Assembly: GCA_900299145.1 (NCBI GenBank)
Contig: OMIN01000098.1
Coordinates: 6,081-70,080, forward strand
Origin: Betaproteobacteria bacterium
Lineage (GTDB): Bacteria > Pseudomonadota > Gammaproteobacteria > Burkholderiales > SG8-41
DNA length: 64,000 nt
Direction of reading: 5' to 3'
This document shows positions 9,860 through 19,336 of this stretch, piece by piece. The position numbers and the translations under genes were made by a program. Numbering within the stretch: the stretch's first letter is position 1; every line of letters begins with the position of its first letter. Below the pieces are notes generated by a model. The model ran no database searches. It was given only the letters and a program-made list of their open reading frames with translations, and was not told where the DNA came from.

Positions 9860-10750
9860 TCAACGGCCGGTAAATTTAGGCGAACGCTTTTCAAGGAACG
9901 CCGCTACGCCCTCTTTGTGATCCTGCGTCTTTCTCGCGAGATCCTGCGCGCGGCTCGCGAGCGCCATATGTTCGGCCAGATCCTGTTGCGTGGCCTGATG
10001 CACCAGTTGTTTGATGAGGCCCATCGCATAGATCGGCCCCTTGGCGAGCCGCGTGGCGATTTCAATGGCACGGTCGAGCACCTTTGCGTCATCCACCACT
10101 TCGTTAACCAGCCCGATGCGTGCCGCCTGTTCGCCGTCGACCGCATCACCGGTGTATTGCATCCACAGCGTGTTCGCCATGCCGATAAGCTTGGGCAATT
10201 GCCACGTGCTGCCGTCCGCCGGGATAAGGCCGTTGCGAATAAACGCTTCTGAAAAACGCGCCGCGCGCCCGGCAACGCGCAAATCACACGCCAGCGCAAT
10301 ACCACAACCGAGACCATACGCCGCGCCGTTGACGGCTGCGATCGACGGCTTTTGCAGGTTGTGCAACACGCGCACGATTTCCGGCCCCATGCGCTGGTTG
10401 CCGCGTTCGCGTGCGCCGTAAACCGGGTCGAGCGCTTCCCAAGGCCCCGGCGCCGGCTCGCCCTTGGCGGCCGCGGCCTTTTCCTTACCGGATTTTTCCG
10501 CCTCTTCAATCCGCTTTTTGAACCCACGCACATTGGCGCCGGAACAAAATGCCGTGCCCGCGCCGGTGAGCACCAGACAGCGCAGATCCGGGTTATCGGA
10601 AAAATCGTGAATGGTTTGAATCAGATCGTCCGTCAGCGCGGGGCCGAGCGCGTTGCGCGTGGCGGGGTCGTTGAGCGTGAGTATCAACACGCCGTCGGCG
10701 GTTTGGCGTTTGAGCAGTACTTCGGCATCTGTTGCAGAGGTGGTAGACAT
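9860..10750 (-). CDS. enoyl-CoA hydratase/isomerase family protein
   Basis: Crotonase fold with LVLTGAGTAFCSGANV and AAVNGAAYGLGCGIALACD. Confidence 0.85.
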   Translation of the reverse strand: MSTTSATDAEVLLKRQTADGVLILTLNDPATRNALGPALTDDLIQTIHDFSDNPDLRCLVLTGAGTAFCSGANVRGFKKRIEEAEKSGKEKAAAAKGEPAPGPWEALDPVYGARERGNQRMGPEIVRVLHNLQKPSIAAVNGAAYGLGCGIALACDLRVAGRAARFSEAFIRNGLIPADGSTWQLPKLIGMANTLWMQYTGDAVDGEQAARIGLVNEVVDDAKVLDRAIEIATRLAKGPIYAMGLIKQLVHQATQQDLAEHMALASRAQDLARKTQDHKEGVAAFLEKRSPKFTGR

Positions 10751-10907
10751 GTCGACTCCTAGTTTAATTTTTGCGTTGCGCCAACCCGATGTTGGTGATG
10801 TGTAACGGTATCCTACCGGGGTAACCGCTTCCGGTGGTAAGCCACGACGAGTGACTATTTAGTCTGCCAAACTGATGGGCCATCCGCAAATAGACATCCC
10901 GACTGAC

Positions 10908-10942
10908 GAAAATATTATATCGAATAAAAACAAACACTTACG
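10908..10942 (+). repeat. AT-rich dispersed element copy
   Basis: GAAAATATTATATCGAATAAAAACAAACACTTACG, located in the 675-bp non-coding gap. Confidence 0.85.
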
Positions 10943-11424
10943 ATATAAATAACCTGCGATACCGTTACAGACCTTGCCCGTTCAGACGGGTTACATGGTC
11001 GGGGCTCGGGCCGACAGGGATTCGGCTGGCAATAGGCGGTTGAAAGCCCTTTCTTCAGAATTGCCTATAGTGCCTAGTAACCTGTCGTCGACAACGGCCA
11101 AGCCAAAATCATCTGCACCACTTGAGATAAACCTACCGGCAACCGACACCACTTTTGGTTGATGTTCATCTGCGTCAGTCCTCGTTGAACACCGGCAACA
11201 CTGGAGTGCCGCGCCGCCGCATTCTACGCCGGCTCAACTATACGGAAGTGCCAAAAAATTTCGCAATGGCCGTACTACTCGCGGGTTGCGGAGCAACGCG
11301 CATCAGCCCACAGGTATCCTGTCATGCCCTGCACCAGCAAATAGCCAGCAGTCTGCCGCGCACGGGTAGGGCAGTGTAGACTACCGCGAGTGCCACTGCG
11401 TACAGCAACCGGATTGATCGATAC

Positions 11425-12324
11425 ATGCCCTGGCAAGCCACCACCCTCATCGTAGACGCCCGCTGCGTCGAAACCCTCTCTGATCTGCTGTTGGAGGCGG
11501 GCGCGTTGTCGGTGGATGTTTCCGACGCGGCGGCGGGCACGCCAACTGAGCGGCCGTTGTTTGCGGAGCCGGGTAGTGCGCCGGTGTCAAACTGGCCCGT
11601 GAACCGGGTAGTCGCGCTGTTTAACGAAGGAGCCGATATTGCCGAGCTGATACCCGCCGCCCTGCAGGCGGCGCGATTGCCGGCGACCACGCCGTATGGC
11701 ATCGACCGCGTCAACGATCAGGATTGGGTGCGCTTGACGCAATCGCAATTCACGCCCGTGAAAATTTCGTCGCGCCTGTGGATCGTGCCTACCTGGCACG
11801 AAGTCGTCGACGCGGCGGCGATCAACATTCGCCTCGATCCGGGCCTCGCGTTCGGCACTGGCACGCATCCAACGACACGGCTGTGTCTGCGCTGGCTCGA
11901 TGCGCATCTGAATCGCGGCGAATCGGTGATCGATTACGGCTGCGGTTCGGGCATTCTCGCGATCGCCGCGATGAAGTTGGGTGCGGCCAGCGCCGCCGGC
12001 GTGGATATCGACGAGCAGGCGTTGCTTGCCGCGCGCCGTAATGCCCTGCAAAATCAGACGCAGGTGACTTTTTACGCGGCGGAAGAGAAATTGACTGACT
12101 TGACGGCGCCCGCTGATGTGGTCGTGGCAAACATCCTCGCGAACCCGCTGACGGTGTTGGCGCCCCTGCTTGCGCGGCTGACACGGCGCGGCGGTTACGT
12201 CGTCCTGTCGGGCATCCTCGCGCCGCAGGCCGATGAAGTGCGTGTGGCGTACGCGCCATGGTTCGACATGCACGCCACCGATCCGGATGGTGATTGGGTG
12301 GCGCTCAGCGGGCGGCGGTTGTAG
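11425..12324 (+). CDS. prmA: ribosomal protein L11 methyltransferase
   Basis: GTGTHPTTRLCL and DYGCGSGILAI SAM-binding motifs. Confidence 0.92.
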   Translation: MPWQATTLIVDARCVETLSDLLLEAGALSVDVSDAAAGTPTERPLFAEPGSAPVSNWPVNRVVALFNEGADIAELIPAALQAARLPATTPYGIDRVNDQDWVRLTQSQFTPVKISSRLWIVPTWHEVVDAAAINIRLDPGLAFGTGTHPTTRLCLRWLDAHLNRGESVIDYGCGSGILAIAAMKLGAASAAGVDIDEQALLAARRNALQNQTQVTFYAAEEKLTDLTAPADVVVANILANPLTVLAPLLARLTRRGGYVVLSGILAPQADEVRVAYAPWFDMHATDPDGDWVALSGRRL

Positions 12325-12340
12325 GAAAGGTGAGCTGCGC

Positions 12341-13534
12341 ATGTCGATGGTGACCCAATGTCCGCACTGCGCCACGGCGTTTAACGTCACGCCAGAGCAG
12401 TTATTCGCGCGCGATGGTCAGGTGCGTTGCGGCCAGTGCCGCAAAGTGTTTGACGGGCTGGTGAATCTGACTTCGCTCGAAGCGTTGCAGAACGGCGTGC
12501 CGCCGCCGCTCGCTGAATCCGCTGGCGCTGCTTCGTTGCAAAACGAAGCGCGCGCCGCGCGCGCGCCGGTTATGCCATCGCACGGCTTTTCACCGAGGAA
12601 CTGGCCGATGCTGCCCGACGTGCCCGACGTGCCGGTGCCGCCGTTGCCGTTGGAGGTCGTGGCGGACAAGCAGCCGCCTGCCGAGGCGCGCGCCTCGCGC
12701 AGCGCGCCCGACGAGCCTGCCACCCATGCGGCAGAAACCGCATCCGCAATGCCGGTGGAGACCACGCAGGACACCGAACATTCCGCCTCGGTTTTGCGGC
12801 AGGAAGGCGCTGGGTTGCAGCTGGGCGCCGAGGCGGTTGAAGCACGCGAGACTGCGGGAAGCGGGGAACCGTCAGCGCCCGCGGAAGCCAACGAGAGCCA
12901 CGAAGCCCGCGACGCAAGAATTGCCGCGCTGGCGGTCGCTGCACCAGCAGCGCCCTTTGTCCAAAAGCCGCTACGCGAACCGCCGGTGTCCGAGGAAATC
13001 CGTTACAACGATGACGAGGATCAACCCGCGCGCCGCGCACGCTGGCCGTGGGCGCTGGCGGCGGGGCTGGCGGCCCTCGCGTTATGCGGGCAGGCGGCTT
13101 ACACGTTTCGCAGCGAACTTGCCGCACATATTCCAGCGGTGAAGCCCGCACTCACGCAGGCGTGCGAGGCATTGCCACCACAGGTGCGCTGCACGGTGCC
13201 GCCATTGCAACGGCCGTCCGCGCTGACCATTCAGGCGTCCGACATGCTGATTCTCGACAAGGCCAAGCCGCATCTGGTGCAGCTGATTGTCACGCTGCAA
13301 AACCAGTCGGCGCTGGATGTCGGTTACCCCGCCATCGATCTGGTGCTGAATGACCGCTTCGATCACGCGCTGGCGCGGCGCGTGTTTCTGCCCGCCGAGT
13401 ACCTGCGCGGCGAAGACACGCAAAAAAACGTCATTGCTGCCAGCGTTACGGCTACCATACGCATCAACCTTGACGTCAGCGAATTAAACGCTGGTGGCTT
13501 TGGCCTGCTGCTGATCCCGGCGCCACAATCCTGA
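12341..13534 (+). CDS. zinc-ribbon (MJ0042-type) / DUF3426 domain protein
   Basis: N-terminal CPHC...CGQC zinc ribbon, a long low-complexity linker, one TM helix and a C-terminal DUF3426-like domain. The ATG at 12341 is preferred. Confidence 0.75.
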   Translation: MSMVTQCPHCATAFNVTPEQLFARDGQVRCGQCRKVFDGLVNLTSLEALQNGVPPPLAESAGAASLQNEARAARAPVMPSHGFSPRNWPMLPDVPDVPVPPLPLEVVADKQPPAEARASRSAPDEPATHAAETASAMPVETTQDTEHSASVLRQEGAGLQLGAEAVEARETAGSGEPSAPAEANESHEARDARIAALAVAAPAAPFVQKPLREPPVSEEIRYNDDEDQPARRARWPWALAAGLAALALCGQAAYTFRSELAAHIPAVKPALTQACEALPPQVRCTVPPLQRPSALTIQASDMLILDKAKPHLVQLIVTLQNQSALDVGYPAIDLVLNDRFDHALARRVFLPAEYLRGEDTQKNVIAASVTATIRINLDVSELNAGGFGLLLIPAPQS

Positions 13535-13556
13535 AGACTGCTACTGCGAAATCACC

Positions 13557-13934
13557 ATGCCCAATCCCGACGATCTGAAATATCACGCTGAACACACCTG
13601 GATTAAAGCGGAGCCCGGCGGCACGTACCTCGTGGGCATTACCGGTCACGCGCAAGAGCAATTGGGCGACGTGGTTTATGTGCAGCAACCGGACATTGGC
13701 GCAACCATCAAGCAGGGTGAGCCGTGCGGCGTGATCGAGTCGGTTAAAACCGCCGCCGATGTGCACGCGCCGGCCTCCGGCGTGGTGGTAGCGGTGAACG
13801 CGGCGCTTGCGGATGCGCCGGAAACGGTCAACAGCGATCCCTACGGCGCGTGGCTGTTTCGCATCACCTTGAGCGACGCGGCGGAGCTGGCGGCGCTGAT
13901 GGATGCGGCAGCCTATGAAAAAGCGCTTGGTTAA
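13557..13934 (+). CDS. gcvH: glycine cleavage system H protein (lipoyl carrier)
   Basis: ESVKTAADVHAP lipoyl-lysine motif. No gcvT or gcvP is adjacent. Confidence 0.9.
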   Translation: MPNPDDLKYHAEHTWIKAEPGGTYLVGITGHAQEQLGDVVYVQQPDIGATIKQGEPCGVIESVKTAADVHAPASGVVVAVNAALADAPETVNSDPYGAWLFRITLSDAAELAALMDAAAYEKALG

Positions 13935-13960
13935 AATAGTCAATAAAAACAGATAGTTAT
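13931..13960 (+). repeat. AT-rich dispersed element copy
   Basis: TTAAAATAGTCAATAAAAACAGATAGTTAT. It starts on the gcvH stop codon and ends 23 nt before the dgkA start. Confidence 0.9.
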
Positions 13961-13982
13961 ATTTAGTCTATCGCAGGCGCGC

Positions 13983-14354
13983 ATGCCCGACAGCCCACCC
14001 AAAAGTGCTACCGGGCTCAAGCGCATCCGCAACGCGCTAACGTATTCCCTCGATGGTCTGAAAGCCGCGTACCGCCACGAAGCGGCGTTTCGTCAGGAAG
14101 TGTGGCTGGCGGCGCTGCTGATCCCGCTGGCGCTGTGGCTGCCCGCCAGCGGCACCGGCAAGGCGCTGATGATCGCCAGCGTACTGCTGGTGCTTATCAT
14201 TGAGTTGCTTAACTCGGCAATTGAAGCGGTGGTCGACCGCATTTCGCCCGAAAAACACGAACTCGCCAAGCGCGCAAAGGATGCTGGCAGCGCGGCGGTC
14301 TTTGTCGCGCTGCTTAACCTGGTGCTGGTTTGGGCGCTCGTGTTGCTGGGTTAA
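13983..14354 (+). CDS. dgkA: diacylglycerol kinase
   Basis: 123-aa three-TM protein with LLNSAIEAVVDR and KDAGSAAV motifs. Confidence 0.9.
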   Translation: MPDSPPKSATGLKRIRNALTYSLDGLKAAYRHEAAFRQEVWLAALLIPLALWLPASGTGKALMIASVLLVLIIELLNSAIEAVVDRISPEKHELAKRAKDAGSAAVFVALLNLVLVWALVLLG

Positions 14355-14426
14355 AAATGAGAATAGCGCGGCGGATCATGGGTAACCCAGGCCGCGCTAC
14401 CGTAGTTTGGCAACCTGCCCGGCCGA

Positions 14427-14846
14427 TCACTTCTTCAACGAATCTCGAATCTCGCGCAGCAGCAGCACGTCTTCCGGCGTCGCGGGCGGGGCGGGTGGCG
14501 GCTCGGCCTTTTTGGTTTTGTTGTAGGCCTTGACCAGAATGAATATCGCAAAGGCGACGATCAGGAAGGCGAGCACAGTGTTGACAAACACGCCGTAGTT
14601 CCACGTAACCGCGCCGGCCTTTTGCGCGATTTCCACGGTGGCGTACGGCCCCGGCGTTGCGCCGTCTTTGAGCACCGCGAACTTGTTGGCGAAATCGACG
14701 CCGCCCATAAGGAGGCCGATGGGCGGCATGATCACATCCTTCACCAGCGAATCGACAATCTTGCCGAACGCGGCGCCAATAATGACGCCGACCGCCATGT
14801 CGAGCACGTTGCCCTTCATGATGAACTCTTTGAATTCCTGAATCAT
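14427..14846 (-). CDS. mscL: large-conductance mechanosensitive channel
   Basis: N-terminal motif [21 protein letters not shown]. Confidence 0.95.
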   Translation of the reverse strand: MIQEFKEFIMKGNVLDMAVGVIIGAAFGKIVDSLVKDVIMPPIGLLMGGVDFANKFAVLKDGATPGPYATVEIAQKAGAVTWNYGVFVNTVLAFLIVAFAIFILVKAYNKTKKAEPPPAPPATPEDVLLLREIRDSLKK

Positions 14847-15051
14847 GGTCTTCCCCCTCGTGAAGAAAAAAGTTGAAAATCACCGGCTTACGCCAGCACA
14901 TCGGCATGGCCGACGGGAATCTATTATGCGCGCTTTGGCTTGCCGGTAGAACCACCCTAATAAAATTGTGGGCGAAGTGTTACCGGATACTGGGTGCGGC
15001 CATGGGCGTTGCTATAATCCCGCGCTCCCAATTCAGGAAACGCCCAAAGTC

Positions 15052-15987
15052 ATGTCCACGCTCATCTGCGGCTCCATCGCCTATGACACCATTATGGTGT
15101 TCAAGGACCAATTCAAAAATCACATCCTGCCCGACAAGCTGCACATTCTGAACGTGGCGTTTCTGGTGCCAGATCTGCGCCGCGAGTTCGGCGGCTGCGC
15201 CGGCAATATTGCCTACAGCCTGAAAATGCTGGGCGGCGACCCGCTGATCATGGCCACGGTCGGTGGCGACCACGCGCCGTATACCACACGGCTCGATAAA
15301 CTCGGCCTTGCCCGCACGCACGTGCGCGAAGTCGCGGATACTTTCACCGCGCAGGCGTTCATTACCACCGATCTTGACGACAACCAGATCACCGCGTTCC
15401 ACCCGGGCGCGATGAATTTCTCGCATCAAAATCACGTTGGCGATGCGAAGGGCGTAAAGCTCGGCATCGTTGCGCCCGATGGCCGCGATGGCATGATCCA
15501 GCACGCGCGCGAGTTTCACGCGGCGGGCATTCCGTTTATTTTTGATCCGGGCCAGGGCCTGCCGATGTTCAATGGCGAGGATTTGATGAATTTCATCAAC
15601 ATCGCCAGCTATGTCACCGTCAACGACTACGAAGCGCAGTTGTTGCAGGAGCGCACCGGCAAAACGCTGGCGCAAATCGCCGGTCAAGTAAAGGCGTTGA
15701 TCGTCACGCTGGGCGCCAAAGGCTCGGAGATTTACGCCGGCGGCAAAAAATTCGACATCCCGTGTGTAAAACCCGCTGCCGTGCTCGACCCCACCGGTTG
15801 CGGCGACGCATTCCGTGCGGGCCTGCTCTACGGCATCACTCATGGTCTGGATTGGGCAGTCACCGGACGGCTGGCGTCGCTCATCGGGTCGCTCAAAATT
15901 GCCCAGCGCGGGCCGCAAAATCACAGTTTTACGCGCGATTCGATAGCCGCCCTGTACCGCGAAAACTTCGGCGCGGCGCCGTGGTGA
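15052..15987 (+). CDS. PfkB family carbohydrate/nucleoside kinase
   Basis: GGCAGNIAY and DPTGCGDAFRAG motifs. The ATG at 15052 is preferred. Confidence 0.85.
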   Translation: MSTLICGSIAYDTIMVFKDQFKNHILPDKLHILNVAFLVPDLRREFGGCAGNIAYSLKMLGGDPLIMATVGGDHAPYTTRLDKLGLARTHVREVADTFTAQAFITTDLDDNQITAFHPGAMNFSHQNHVGDAKGVKLGIVAPDGRDGMIQHAREFHAAGIPFIFDPGQGLPMFNGEDLMNFINIASYVTVNDYEAQLLQERTGKTLAQIAGQVKALIVTLGAKGSEIYAGGKKFDIPCVKPAAVLDPTGCGDAFRAGLLYGITHGLDWAVTGRLASLIGSLKIAQRGPQNHSFTRDSIAALYRENFGAAPW

Positions 15988-16006
15988 GAGGCTTCGTTCA
16001 GTGCAT

Positions 16007-16036
16007 GTAACTATTTGTTTTTATTAGATTTTTTAA
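16007..16036 (-). repeat. AT-rich dispersed element copy
   Basis: Minus-strand reading is TTAAAAAATCTAATAAAAACAAATAGTTAC. Located between the kinase and acyltransferase genes. Confidence 0.9.
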
Positions 16037-16851
16037 CACCGGCTTTTCATTACCTGCCGTTGACCGCGCCCACGCCTCGCCGCCCGCCTGCCGCGCCTCC
16101 ACACACGCCGCGCGTGGTTCGCGTCTGGCGCATTACGCGTGTGCTTACGCACCTCGCCCAGGCGGCGGTGGTGGCGGGCTTGGGTTATCCACTGATGACG
16201 CCGGCGCGCCGCCGCCTCGCGCTGCAACGCTGGTCAGCGAAGCTGCTGCGGCTGCTGGCGGCAAATCTTACCGTGCATGGCACGCCGCCCCGCGAGGGCG
16301 ACACCTATCTCCTCGCGGCGAATCACGTGTCGTGGCTGGACATTTTCGTTATTAACGCAGCAGCGCCCACCCGCTTTGTCGCCAAGTCGGAGATTCGCGG
16401 CTGGCCGCTGATCGGTTGGTTGTGCGTGAAAGCTGAAACGCTTTTTATCGAACGCGACCGCCGGCGAGATCTCGCTAGGCTGGATGATGTCATTGCCACG
16501 GCGCTTAACGCTGGCGCTGGTATGGGGGTGTTTCTCGAAGGTACCACCACCGACGGCCACGAGGTGCTGCCGTTTCACAGCTCGCTGCTGCGTCCGGCGC
16601 AACAGGCGGCGGCAAATATTGTGCCGGTAGCGATCCAGTATCGCCGCAGCGACGGCTCAATCTGTGTCGAAGCCGCCTTTGACGGCGACAAAACCCTGCT
16701 CGACACCATCCGCCTCATGCTCACGCAGCATGAAATTCACACGGCTGTGCATTTTCTGCCGCCAGTGGACGGGCAGGGCGTGCATCGCAAAGTGCTGGCG
16801 CGGCAAACGCGCGAGGTGATTGTGCGGACGCTGTATCCGGAAAAGGCTTAG
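16015..16851 (+). CDS. lysophospholipid (1-acyl-sn-glycerol-3-phosphate) acyltransferase family protein
   Basis: NHVSWLDI (HX4D) and FLEGTTT motifs. The start codon is uncertain: the TTG at 16015 lies inside the AT-rich element. Confidence 0.8.
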   Translation: MFLLDFLTPAFHYLPLTAPTPRRPPAAPPHTPRVVRVWRITRVLTHLAQAAVVAGLGYPLMTPARRRLALQRWSAKLLRLLAANLTVHGTPPREGDTYLLAANHVSWLDIFVINAAAPTRFVAKSEIRGWPLIGWLCVKAETLFIERDRRRDLARLDDVIATALNAGAGMGVFLEGTTTDGHEVLPFHSSLLRPAQQAAANIVPVAIQYRRSDGSICVEAAFDGDKTLLDTIRLMLTQHEIHTAVHFLPPVDGQGVHRKVLARQTREVIVRTLYPEKA

Positions 16852-17669
16852 TCGCTGTCCGCCTGCTCACAAGCACACTCAAAGACCCGTCGGTCTTCCA
16901 GCCGCATGGCGGTGAGTTTTCGCCCCCAAACGCAGCCGGAATCCAGCCCGATCACGTCGGGCCGTAGCAGCACGCCGAGCGAAGCCCAGTGGCCGAACAG
17001 CACCGGCATGTCGGCGCTGGCGCGTCCCGGCACGTCATACCATGGCATGTAGCCCGCGGGCATGTTCGCCGGCGCGAGCTTATGGGTGAATTCCATGTTG
17101 CCTTCTGCGGTGCACAGGCGCATGCGCGTCATGGCGTTGACGATCACGCGCAGCCGGTCGTCACCGGTAAGGTCTTCGCGCCACGCACTGGGTTTATTGC
17201 CATAGAGGGGCCGCAGGAAGGCATCGGGGTCATCGCCGCGCAGTACGGTTTCGACCTCGCGCGCAAGGGCGGCTGCCTTGTCGATGGACCATTGCGGCAG
17301 CAGGCCTGCGTGAACCATGGCGTAACCCAACGTGCGATCGACGTGCATCATTTTCTGCTGGCGCAGCCAATGCAGAAGTTCGTCGCGATCAGGCGCGTCG
17401 AGCACGTCTTTTAACGTGTCGCCCGGATATTGCTTGGTGTAGCCGCTGGCGGCGACCAGCAAATGCAGATCGTGATTACCGAGGATCGGTATGGCGGCGT
17501 CACCGAGTTTGATGATAAAGCGCAGTGTTTCCGCTGACTGCGGCCCGCGATTTACCAGGTCGCCGACCAGCCAGACCTTATCACGTGGCGGATCGAATTT
17601 GACCTGATCGAGCAGGCGCTTTAACGGATCGCAGCAGCCTTGCAGATCGCCAATGGCGTAAGTGGCCAT
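16848..17669 (-). CDS. apaH: bis(5'-nucleosyl)-tetraphosphatase (symmetrical)
   Basis: MATYAIGDLQGC, GDLVNRGP and GNHD metallophosphatase motifs. Confidence 0.92.
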   Translation of the reverse strand: MATYAIGDLQGCCDPLKRLLDQVKFDPPRDKVWLVGDLVNRGPQSAETLRFIIKLGDAAIPILGNHDLHLLVAASGYTKQYPGDTLKDVLDAPDRDELLHWLRQQKMMHVDRTLGYAMVHAGLLPQWSIDKAAALAREVETVLRGDDPDAFLRPLYGNKPSAWREDLTGDDRLRVIVNAMTRMRLCTAEGNMEFTHKLAPANMPAGYMPWYDVPGRASADMPVLFGHWASLGVLLRPDVIGLDSGCVWGRKLTAMRLEDRRVFECACEQADSD

Positions 17670-17685
17670 ACAAAAATTACCCAAC

Positions 17686-17714
17686 AAAAAAGGCGCGGAG
17701 CGCCGCGCCTTTTT
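17686..17714. terminator. bidirectional intrinsic terminator-like hairpin
   Basis: AAAAA-AGGCGCGG-AGCG-CCGCGCCT-TTTT, located 20 nt downstream of the minus-strand cytochrome c gene. Confidence 0.75.
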
Positions 17715-17732
17715 GCATGGCCGGCATGATGG

Positions 17733-18287
17733 CTACTTCGATTGCGACACCATGTATTCGACAGCGGCTTTCACGTCGTCATCCGCCAGACTGGCATTAC
17801 CGCCCTTGGGCGGCATCGCGTTCTTGCCCTTGAGCGCGCTCGCTTGCAGCGCGGCGACACCCGCACCCAGGCGCGGCGCCCACGCGGCTTTGTCACCGAC
17901 CTTGGGTGCGCCCGCAACACCGGCGGCGTGACACGCCTGGCAGCTTGCATCGTAAACGGATTTGCCGTTGCCGCCTGCGGGCTTGGCGCCGCCTTCCGTA
18001 GCGGCGGGAGCAGCGGCCACCGGCGCGGGGGCGGGTACCAGTGGCGACGGACCTTTTTCAATATCCGGCGTGCTGCCGACGGGCTTGATGCGTTCAGCAG
18101 TAGCCTTGTCGGACATGGTCGGCGTCGAGCGCGGCTTTTCGCCGCCCACAACGAAATGAATAATGGTGAATATCGCGGCGATGGGGATCACGAATGCCAG
18201 CACGACGACGACGATCAATTGCGTCGGCGTCTTGATAAAGCCGGTGTCGCTGCCGGCGTCGGAATGGCTGGAATGGGCGTCGCTCAT
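17733..18287 (-). CDS. membrane-anchored c-type cytochrome (cytochrome c5-like)
   Basis: N-terminal TM anchor, an Ala/Pro linker and a C-terminal CQACH heme-binding motif. Confidence 0.85.
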   Translation of the reverse strand: MSDAHSSHSDAGSDTGFIKTPTQLIVVVVLAFVIPIAAIFTIIHFVVGGEKPRSTPTMSDKATAERIKPVGSTPDIEKGPSPLVPAPAPVAAAPAATEGGAKPAGGNGKSVYDASCQACHAAGVAGAPKVGDKAAWAPRLGAGVAALQASALKGKNAMPPKGGNASLADDDVKAAVEYMVSQSK

Positions 18288-18448
18288 GGGGGGTCCCGGT
18301 GGATCTCGATGGTTTCTGTAGTCCCGCTCGCCGCGCAGGCGCCGGGCAGGGTTTATGCACTCAAGTTAAGCATTATAACGCGCACCACCGTCGTGGTAAA
18401 AGGCCGCACGGCGCGCGCGTGCTAAAATCGGCGCTCTTGTGCAAGCAC

Positions 18449-18525
18449 GCGCCCGTAGCTCAGCTGGATAGAGTACTGCCCTCCGAAGGCAGGGGTCGGA
18501 CGTTCGAATCGTCTCGGGCGCGCCA
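18449..18525 (+). tRNA. tRNA-Arg (anticodon CCG)
   Basis: GCGCCCGTAGCTCAGCTGGATAGAGT...CTGCC-CTCCGAA-GGCAG...GGTTCGAAT-type T arm with encoded CCA. The cloverleaf folds by eye. Confidence 0.9.
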
Positions 18526-18547
18526 GATTTTCACGTTGCCGCGGTTG

Positions 18548-19282
18548 ATGGGCGCACCACCGGTGGTCTCCTTAGTGCCATATCCCGACGTGACTTCCGC
18601 CAAATCCACACCTACGTCCCGAGCAAGGCCCCCGGCACGGGTAATCGCCTGGCTGCTGGCTTTGGTGATAGCCGTGGCGTTCGCGCAGGAAGCGGTAACC
18701 ATCACCGATGCGCAAATCGCCAAACTTGCCACTTCGTTCGGCCCGGTGGCGAAGGAGCGTCTCACCAACTGGCGCACGCTGATGAACAACCCGAAAAACA
18801 AGGCGTTGAGTGATCGGCAGAAGCTCGAGCTGGTGAATGATTTCATGAATCAAACGCCGTTCAAGAGCGACAAGGAGCATTGGGGCAAGGAAGATTACTG
18901 GGCGACGCCGATTGAGTTTTTGTCCACCAACGGCGGCGATTGCGAGGATTTTTCCATTGCCAAGTATTTCACCTTGCGCGCGCTTGGCGTGCCCGACGAT
19001 AAATTGCAGATCACTTACGTCAAGGAAATCAAGGTGTTTAACGAGGCGCACATGGTGCTCGCGTATTTCGCCACACCCGACGCGGAACCGGTGATTCTCG
19101 ACAACATCAACAAGACGATTCAGCCGGCGTCCAATCGCGGCGATCTGGTGCCGGTGTATAGCTTTAACGGGTCGGGCCTGTGGCTCGCCAAGCAGCAGCA
19201 GGGGCGCGGCCAGTCGGCGGGCAGCTCGGATCGCATCGGGCACTGGAAGGATTTGCAGAACCGGATGAAGGGTGCGACGTGA
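18548..19282 (+). CDS. LapG-like periplasmic transglutaminase-like cysteine protease (BTLCP family)
   Basis: GGDCEDFSIAKYFTL catalytic-Cys context and HMVLAY...DN. The upstream part of the 327-aa ORF overlaps the tRNA and is discarded. Confidence 0.8.
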   Translation: MGAPPVVSLVPYPDVTSAKSTPTSRARPPARVIAWLLALVIAVAFAQEAVTITDAQIAKLATSFGPVAKERLTNWRTLMNNPKNKALSDRQKLELVNDFMNQTPFKSDKEHWGKEDYWATPIEFLSTNGGDCEDFSIAKYFTLRALGVPDDKLQITYVKEIKVFNEAHMVLAYFATPDAEPVILDNINKTIQPASNRGDLVPVYSFNGSGLWLAKQQQGRGQSAGSSDRIGHWKDLQNRMKGAT

Positions 19283-19291
19283 TGTTGTATC

Positions 19292-19318
19292 GTAACTATC
19301 TGTTTTTAAATAATAATT
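19292..19318 (-). repeat. AT-rich dispersed element copy
   Basis: Minus-strand reading is AATTATTATTTAAAAACAGATAGTTAC. Located between the LapG-like and LapD-like genes. Confidence 0.9.
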
Positions 19319-19336
19319 GCTACAGCGGATGACGCC

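Noticed and set aside
14360-14400. Possible terminator hairpin between dgkA and mscL (TAGCGCGGC...GCCGCGCTA)
   Set aside because: It has a 9-bp stem but a ~17-nt loop and no flanking T/A runs. The support is too weak to call.
18299-18547. N-terminal extension of the LapG-like ORF
   Set aside because: It overlaps tRNA-Arg (18449..18525). The BTLCP homology and a signal-like segment begin after the ATG at 18548.
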